Assembly: GCA_044359485.1 (NCBI GenBank)
Contig: JBIKMB010000090.1
Location: forward strand, 1-21,246
From: Pirellulaceae bacterium
Lineage (GTDB): Bacteria; Planctomycetota; Planctomycetia; Pirellulales; Pirellulaceae
Length of the DNA: 21,246 nt
Reading direction: 5' to 3'
Shown here: positions 16,447 through 21,246 of the stretch, one piece after another
Position numbering within the stretch: position 1 is the first letter of the stretch
Layout: the number at the start of each line of letters is the position of its first letter
The notes under the pieces: generated by a model
Told to the model about the DNA's origin: nothing
Seen by the model: the letters and a program-made list of their open reading frames with translations, nothing else
Database searches by the model: none
Translations under genes and position numbers: made by a program

Positions 16447-17662
16447 CTTGGGCTTGAATCGCCGAAAGTTCTTCCACTGCGGACTCGTATTTTTTTTGCA
16501 GGCGTGGCAATATGCGAAGCAGATTTTCACGATAGATTTTGCTCAACACCTCATCGGGTAAAAAGAGACCATAGATATTCCAAAATCCTTGCGGGGGAAA
16601 TTCTTTTTCGCTGTATGGAAAGTATTCATCTTCGGTTTCGAGAAAACGCCAATAGAGTCGCAAGCGTTCTTCGGGCCAGGGGCCATCTGTTCCGAAAAGA
16701 ATTCGATCTTGATATTTGAGAAAGAATTTTCGAGCCGTGTAAGGCTGTCGTCCCAGCTCGGCAATTCGCGAAGCGAGTTCAACATACATGTTGGGATAGG
16801 TGTCGAGCCAAAGAGCGGTTTCCTTTAAATCTTCGGCATCGTTGCCAAAGTGAGCGGCGATGAAGATGGTATCCGGGTGCTTGGCGATGACTCGATTTCT
16901 GGCAGAATGCAGAGAAGCTCGAGTGGGAAATTTATCTATTGGAAATGCCCAATCAGGATGACGCGATAATTCTTCATACCTTTCATTGGTAGCATCGATG
17001 GGTTCAAAGAATGCCGATGGATCTGCGGTATGCATGATGACGGGAATTCCCAGTTTACCGCAAGTGTGCCAAATGGGATCGAAGCGGGGATCATCGATTT
17101 GGATCAAGCTCCCATCGCTGTTTCGATATTCCAAGCCGAATTGTTTGAAGAACTTCAGTCCGCAAATTCCGAGCTGGTTTGCTGCTCGTAGTTGCTCACA
17201 GGTCAACCGCACAAAATCGGGTTGATTGCAGTCCCAGGTTTCAGGCCGGGTTCGTTCCCCGCGTCCGATAAAGTCGAGATTGGCAAAGATGGCAAATCGA
17301 TTCGGGGCTTTCCGTTGCAAAAAGTCGATATGCTCGGCAAGTTTCGTTCCGAGTGTTCCATCTAAACTGATGCATATTGCGATTCGATTTCGATTCATCA
17401 CCGAGATAAAATTGTCGAGGGCAATCGTATCGTGCCGCAGTCGAATTTGGAAATGGGTGTGAAGATCGATGACTGGGAACTTGGCCATGGGGACCGCCGT
17501 CTGTTTGACTTGGAGTCGGGTTTGGGGGCGAAAGTCAGCCAGTGGCAGGTTCCGTTCGGTTTGCGGTTGGGAATCTTGCGCAACCGTTAATTCTGGGAAA
17601 AAAAAGAGGCAAATCGGGATAAAAATGTGCCAAATGTTGAGCAACTTGCAGTAGGACCGCAT
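16418..17662 (-). CDS. Amidohydrolase-family (PF04909-like TIM-barrel metal-dependent hydrolase) protein with an N-terminal signal peptide
   Basis: A metal-binding HxH motif occurs early ([11 protein letters not shown]) and later conserved His/Asp positions follow ([23 protein letters not shown]). A signal-like segment reads [21 protein letters not shown]. Its 3' end overlaps tgt convergently by 29 nt. Confidence 0.7.
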   Translation of the reverse strand: MRSYCKLLNIWHIFIPICLFFFPELTVAQDSQPQTERNLPLADFRPQTRLQVKQTAVPMAKFPVIDLHTHFQIRLRHDTIALDNFISVMNRNRIAICISLDGTLGTKLAEHIDFLQRKAPNRFAIFANLDFIGRGERTRPETWDCNQPDFVRLTCEQLRAANQLGICGLKFFKQFGLEYRNSDGSLIQIDDPRFDPIWHTCGKLGIPVIMHTADPSAFFEPIDATNERYEELSRHPDWAFPIDKFPTRASLHSARNRVIAKHPDTIFIAAHFGNDAEDLKETALWLDTYPNMYVELASRIAELGRQPYTARKFFLKYQDRILFGTDGPWPEERLRLYWRFLETEDEYFPYSEKEFPPQGFWNIYGLFLPDEVLSKIYRENLLRILPRLQKKYESAVEELSAIQAQARTPSTNPN

Positions 17663-17820
17663 CCAACTCTGGGGAGCGAGCTTAATGACGATTCGAGTCG
17701 GGGAGTTGGCGAGTGGTTGGGACATTTGGGAAACCTCAAAACTGAAACCGACTGAGCGCCTAAAATCTGGTATGCTTGCAGAGAACGAGAATCATTTAAT
17801 GGATCAACCTATACCGAGTC

Positions 17821-20103
17821 ATGGATAAAGATTTTACCGAGTTCCAGTCGCTTGGCGAACAGGATGCAGCTCAGAGATTGAGTTTGCAGAGCCAACAACC
17901 CCCCAGCGACGTGCCGGGTTATCGCCTGGAGCGTCGTTTGGGGCAGGGTGCGTTTGGACAAGTTTGGGTTGGGCATGATCTCAATACGGGCCGGCAGGTG
18001 GCCATCAAATTTTACTTGCATCGCACCGGAGTGAACTGGGCTTTATCTCGCGAGGTGAAGCATTTGGTGACGATGTCCACCAATCGGCACATTGTACAAG
18101 TGCTTGAGGTGGGCTGGCAGGGCGATCCGCCGTATTACGTGATGGAGTATTTGGAGAACGGGTCGCTGGAGGATTTGTTGCGGCGTGAAAAAAGGCTGCC
18201 AGTTCAAACGGCGGTCTCCATGTTTTTCGATATTGCCAGGGGGCTGAATCATTCGCATGGCAAGGGTGTGTTGCATTGCGATTTGAAGCCAGCCAATATT
18301 TTATTGGATCAGGATTTTCGTCCCCGCTTAGCGGATTTTGGTCAAAGCCGTTTGTCGACCGAGCAATCACCGGCGCTTGGGACCTTGTTTTATATGGCGC
18401 CCGAGCAAGCGGATCTAGCAGCTGCGCCTGATGCTCGATGGGATGTTTATGCCTTGGGGGCTATTTTGTATTCGATGTTGGTTGGCGAGCCGCCGTATCG
18501 CAGCGAAAAAGCTCTTAAAGAAATTGAAAATGCAAAATCCATCGCCGAGCGGCTGGAGCTTTATCGCCGCATCATTTTCGAGGCGCCACCATCTCGAGAG
18601 TTACAAAAGATTAGCGGTGTAGATCGTTCATTGATCCAGATTATTCAGCGCTGTATTGCCCGCGAGCCAGAGCGTCGTTTTGATAACGTTCAGCAAGTCT
18701 TGGAAGCGCTCGGGCAGCGACAAGAAGTGCGACTGCGTCGTCCCTTGCAGTTGTTGGGAGTGGTTGGTCCCTTGCTGTTAGTCGCGGTGATGTCATTCTT
18801 CGCCATTCGCAGTATTCGTCTATCCGAAGCTGAAACCCTTCAGCGACTCCAGAATAGAGCGCTCGAATCGAATCGTTTTGCCGCGCGTTTCGCAGCGAGG
18901 TCTATCGAAAGTGAATTGGTAGAAGTGTATCGACTTTTGGAAGAACAAGTGCGGACGCCCGTATTTCAGAAGCGTTTTCGCGAGGCTTTGAAAGCGACCG
19001 AAGAGGGGCGAGCTTTGCTGATAGACAGCCATGATTCTGGAGCGGTTCCCAAAGCTTTTCGGGAGCAGATGCAGCGGCAAGCGTTGGACATGCATTTGTC
19101 TGAGCTCACGATGGGTTGGGGAAAGTCGAGTTCCAATCAGTTGTTGTCGAAACTGAATAGCCTCTTTGTGACGGATGCTTCGGGTACCACCTTCGCGGCC
19201 GCTTTTCGCGATAAGACGTCCGATGATCAATCTCCGGTGGGAAAAAATTTCGCTTATCGAAGTTATTTCAATGGAGGTCGAGATGATGCGAATCGAAACA
19301 AGAAAGCGACCGAATTCCGGCCCATCATGGAGACGCATTTATCGGCTGCATTCAAGAGTACATCCACGGGTACTTGGAAAGTCGCTGTGAGCACGCCTGT
19401 ATGGTTGGATGAACAAGCAACTTTAGGGGAAAATAATCCGGTGCTGGAGGGGGTACCGGAGGTCACGGCAGAGGGCAAAATTTTGGGTGTGTTTTGTTTA
19501 ACGATCGAATTGTCCGACATCAGCATTTTAGAAGATGGTGATTTTGAAGAAGAGGACAAAAATCAAATTGCCGTTCTGATCGATGGTCGCGATGGCGAAT
19601 TGAAGGGGACGTTGTTATATCATCCATTGCTCGAACGTATGGCTCGCAGTCCCATGGCGAGCGGGATAGCCCGCGACGGTCGATTTCAAATTGATGAGCA
19701 AACATTAACGCGCTTGCAGAGCAATGGGATTTTTGACTACGAGGATCCGGTATCCAATACGGCCCCGGGGCAAGAGTTTCAGGGACATTGGATTGCGACG
19801 GTCGAAAAGGTAAGGCTTCCGGTTTCGGCAAACTATGAGGGGAATTCAAGCGGTCGATCGGATTCGGATTTATGGATGCTTGTTCAGGAACGAGCAAGCA
19901 ATGTCACCGATCCCGTACGTCAATTAAGCAGCCGCTTGGCGGGAGAAGGGGTTGCGGCCGTAGCCACCATTATTGCTGTTGTTTTGCTCTTATGGTTGAT
20001 TGTGTGGCGTGTATTGCGACCGGGTGAAAAATCTTTATGGCGGGCTCTGCGCGGGGAGTCGGGACAGGATTCATCATTAAAAAGCACTTCTGAATCGCTC
20101 TAA
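17821..20103 (+). CDS. Transmembrane Ser/Thr protein kinase: N-terminal Hanks-type kinase domain, TM helix, ~370-aa extracytoplasmic Cache-like sensor region, second TM helix
   Basis: Kinase motifs are present: GQGAFGQVW, AIKF, HCDLKPANILL, DFG and APE. TM1 is LQLLGVVGPLLLVAVMSFFAI and TM2 is VAAVATIIAVVLLLWLIVW. Cache-like motifs lie between them (FAYRSYFNGG, TGTWKVAVSTPVW). Confidence 0.9.
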   Translation: MDKDFTEFQSLGEQDAAQRLSLQSQQPPSDVPGYRLERRLGQGAFGQVWVGHDLNTGRQVAIKFYLHRTGVNWALSREVKHLVTMSTNRHIVQVLEVGWQGDPPYYVMEYLENGSLEDLLRREKRLPVQTAVSMFFDIARGLNHSHGKGVLHCDLKPANILLDQDFRPRLADFGQSRLSTEQSPALGTLFYMAPEQADLAAAPDARWDVYALGAILYSMLVGEPPYRSEKALKEIENAKSIAERLELYRRIIFEAPPSRELQKISGVDRSLIQIIQRCIAREPERRFDNVQQVLEALGQRQEVRLRRPLQLLGVVGPLLLVAVMSFFAIRSIRLSEAETLQRLQNRALESNRFAARFAARSIESELVEVYRLLEEQVRTPVFQKRFREALKATEEGRALLIDSHDSGAVPKAFREQMQRQALDMHLSELTMGWGKSSSNQLLSKLNSLFVTDASGTTFAAAFRDKTSDDQSPVGKNFAYRSYFNGGRDDANRNKKATEFRPIMETHLSAAFKSTSTGTWKVAVSTPVWLDEQATLGENNPVLEGVPEVTAEGKILGVFCLTIELSDISILEDGDFEEEDKNQIAVLIDGRDGELKGTLLYHPLLERMARSPMASGIARDGRFQIDEQTLTRLQSNGIFDYEDPVSNTAPGQEFQGHWIATVEKVRLPVSANYEGNSSGRSDSDLWMLVQERASNVTDPVRQLSSRLAGEGVAAVATIIAVVLLLWLIVWRVLRPGEKSLWRALRGESGQDSSLKSTSESL

Positions 20104-20323
20104 GGATGGCCCCCTAAGTTACCCACACCCTAGTCAATAAAGATGGCTTGCCTTTGGTGGTCGCGGCCAGAACTCTCGATCAAAGTCAGAACATTTAAGG
20201 ATGTAGAGACAGCCCATGGGTCGAAAAAACATCTTAGATCCGCTAAGATGCTGACGACTCTTGAGGATGCTTCGAGGAAGCCTGGAACCATCGAACTCGA
20301 ATGAAAAGTTGAGGTTGCGTCGA

Positions 20324-20548
20324 ATGGACGCTGTTGACGATAGAATTTTCAATATCTTGAGGGAAAAGTTCAGTATGGAGTCGACCAAGGACACCCCTTT
20401 GGCTGCCCTGGGGGTCGATTCTTTGGGGATGGCCGAATTGACTGTTGATTTAGAAAAACAGTTTTCCATCAAGGTGGATGAAGATATTTTGGGAATTGAA
20501 ACGGTAGGTGAATTAATTGCCTACGTTCGGTCGAAACAGACGACCTAA
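20324..20548 (+). CDS. Stand-alone acyl carrier protein, divergent from housekeeping AcpP
   Basis: A phosphopantetheine attachment motif sits at the expected position (LGVDSLGMAELTVDLEKQF) within a ~74-aa ORF. An ACP-like helix III/IV follows (ILGIETVGELIAYV). The start is assigned to the ATG at 20324 (MDAVDDRIF...). Confidence 0.7.
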   Translation: MDAVDDRIFNILREKFSMESTKDTPLAALGVDSLGMAELTVDLEKQFSIKVDEDILGIETVGELIAYVRSKQTT

Positions 20549-21246
20549 TTGTTGGCAATTACATGAGGGGACAGCTCCGTTGCTAAGGGGTCTGCATCGG
20601 GCTCGCAGAAGCCTTGGTGCGAATGGCGACGCCAACCTTCACCGTACTGAGCTTGCTGCGACATATTTCCAACTTCGCGTCCCAGATCCCACATCGTCTG
20701 AACATACGATGACATTTTCTGAGTGGTATCAAGCCAGGACTCTTGGCTAGCATGGCAGCGAAGCAATTCAGACTTTCGCTCCATTAAGTTAGATACATCG
20801 ACCACATACGTTGGGGACACGAGTTCACCGAGGGGGGTTCGGTTGCCGTGCGGTTGAGCGTGGTAGATGGTCGTCGAGCCCGAATGGATGACATGTGGTG
20901 GATCGCAAGGCATGTTGGGCATACCTCGCACAAAAGCGGCCGACACGGCTAGCCGACAGGCGTTTTGGTGATCTTCCATATAATCCACGGGAGAGTGAGT
21001 CAAAAGGATCGATGGGGCAGCTTGGCGAACAACCGATACAACTTGAGCGAGAAGCTGCGGAGTATAAAAAATGTTCATATCATCGCAGATTGGCGGATAA
21101 AAGCGGGCACCCATTTTTTCGGCAGAAAGGCGAGCTTCGGATAATCGTGTCGCCGCGCATTCTTTAGGGCCCTGTACCATGGAACCGTAGGCTCCATTGG
21201 CAATGTTGAAGTAGTGCAATTCCCAGCCCTTTTCGGCCAGACGCAG
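20545..21246 (-). CDS. LmbE/PIG-L family N-acetylglucosaminyl deacetylase-like protein (N-terminus beyond the window end)
   Basis: The central region has the family pattern RLSEARLSAEKMGARF...APSILLTHSPVDYMEDHQNACRLAVSAAF (HxDH-type motif). The reading frame stays open to the window edge, where the N-terminal AHPDDE motif would be expected. It overlaps the ACP gene convergently by 4 nt. Confidence 0.55.
   Translation of the reverse strand: MRLAEKGWELHYFNIANGAYGSMVQGPKECAATRLSEARLSAEKMGARFYPPICDDMNIFYTPQLLAQVVSVVRQAAPSILLTHSPVDYMEDHQNACRLAVSAAFVRGMPNMPCDPPHVIHSGSTTIYHAQPHGNRTPLGELVSPTYVVDVSNLMERKSELLRCHASQESWLDTTQKMSSYVQTMWDLGREVGNMSQQAQYGEGWRRHSHQGFCEPDADPLATELSPHVIANN

Noticed and set aside
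20134-20472. 112-aa minus-strand ORF overlapping the start of the orphan ACP gene
   Set aside because: It overlaps the ACP coding start and its likely promoter and has no recognisable features. The ACP reading frame carries a canonical DSL motif and is preferred.
1-21246. Search for CRISPR arrays, IS elements, integrases or prophage genes
   Set aside because: No regularly spaced direct repeats and no transposase-, integrase- or phage-like translations are present in any of the six frames. The window looks like core or accessory chromosome, not a mobile element.

Overview
This 21.2-kb window is a gene-dense bacterial chromosomal segment of about 50% GC. The combination of a eukaryote-like Ser/Thr kinase, TPR proteins, Pro/Gln-rich linker segments and weak Shine-Dalgarno use is consistent with Planctomycetota (inference only). 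I can support 16 protein genes, one tRNA-Thr(CGU), one strong bidirectional intrinsic terminator and a few candidate regulatory sites. The genes run in this order. (1) A type-I-secretion-like tripartite exporter: a fused TMD-NBD ABC protein truncated at the 5' window edge, with degenerate catalytic motifs; a HlyD-family membrane fusion protein; a TolC-like outer-membrane factor. (2) A stand-alone KAS III (FabH-like) gene and a YqgE/AlgH-family gene. (3) A 1146-aa tri-domain FAAL-ACP-AOS enzyme (fatty acyl-AMP ligase, acyl carrier protein, alpha-oxoamine synthase); this single polypeptide should convert a fatty acid plus an amino acid into a long-chain alpha-amino ketone without a CoA intermediate. 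(4) A two-gene module of a coiled-coil hypothetical protein and an SPFH/band-7 (PF13421-like) protein. (5) A convergent secreted Cys-type glutathione peroxidase. (6) tRNA-Thr. (7) A TPR protein carrying two tandem RNA-polymerase alpha-CTD-like domains. (8) tgt. (9) A convergent secreted PF04909-type amidohydrolase. (10) A Ser/Thr kinase with a Cache-like extracytoplasmic sensor between two TM helices. (11) An orphan divergent ACP convergent with an LmbE/PIG-L-like deacetylase truncated at the 3' window edge. No CRISPR array, transposase, integrase or obvious mobile element is visible. The most interesting candidate system is positions 1-10467: a KAS III gene and a FAAL-ACP-AOS megasynthase lie directly downstream of a three-component exporter operon, an arrangement expected for a lipid-derived amino-ketone (sphingoid-like or CAI-1/LAI-1-like) metabolite or signal. 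No HMM or database search could be run here.
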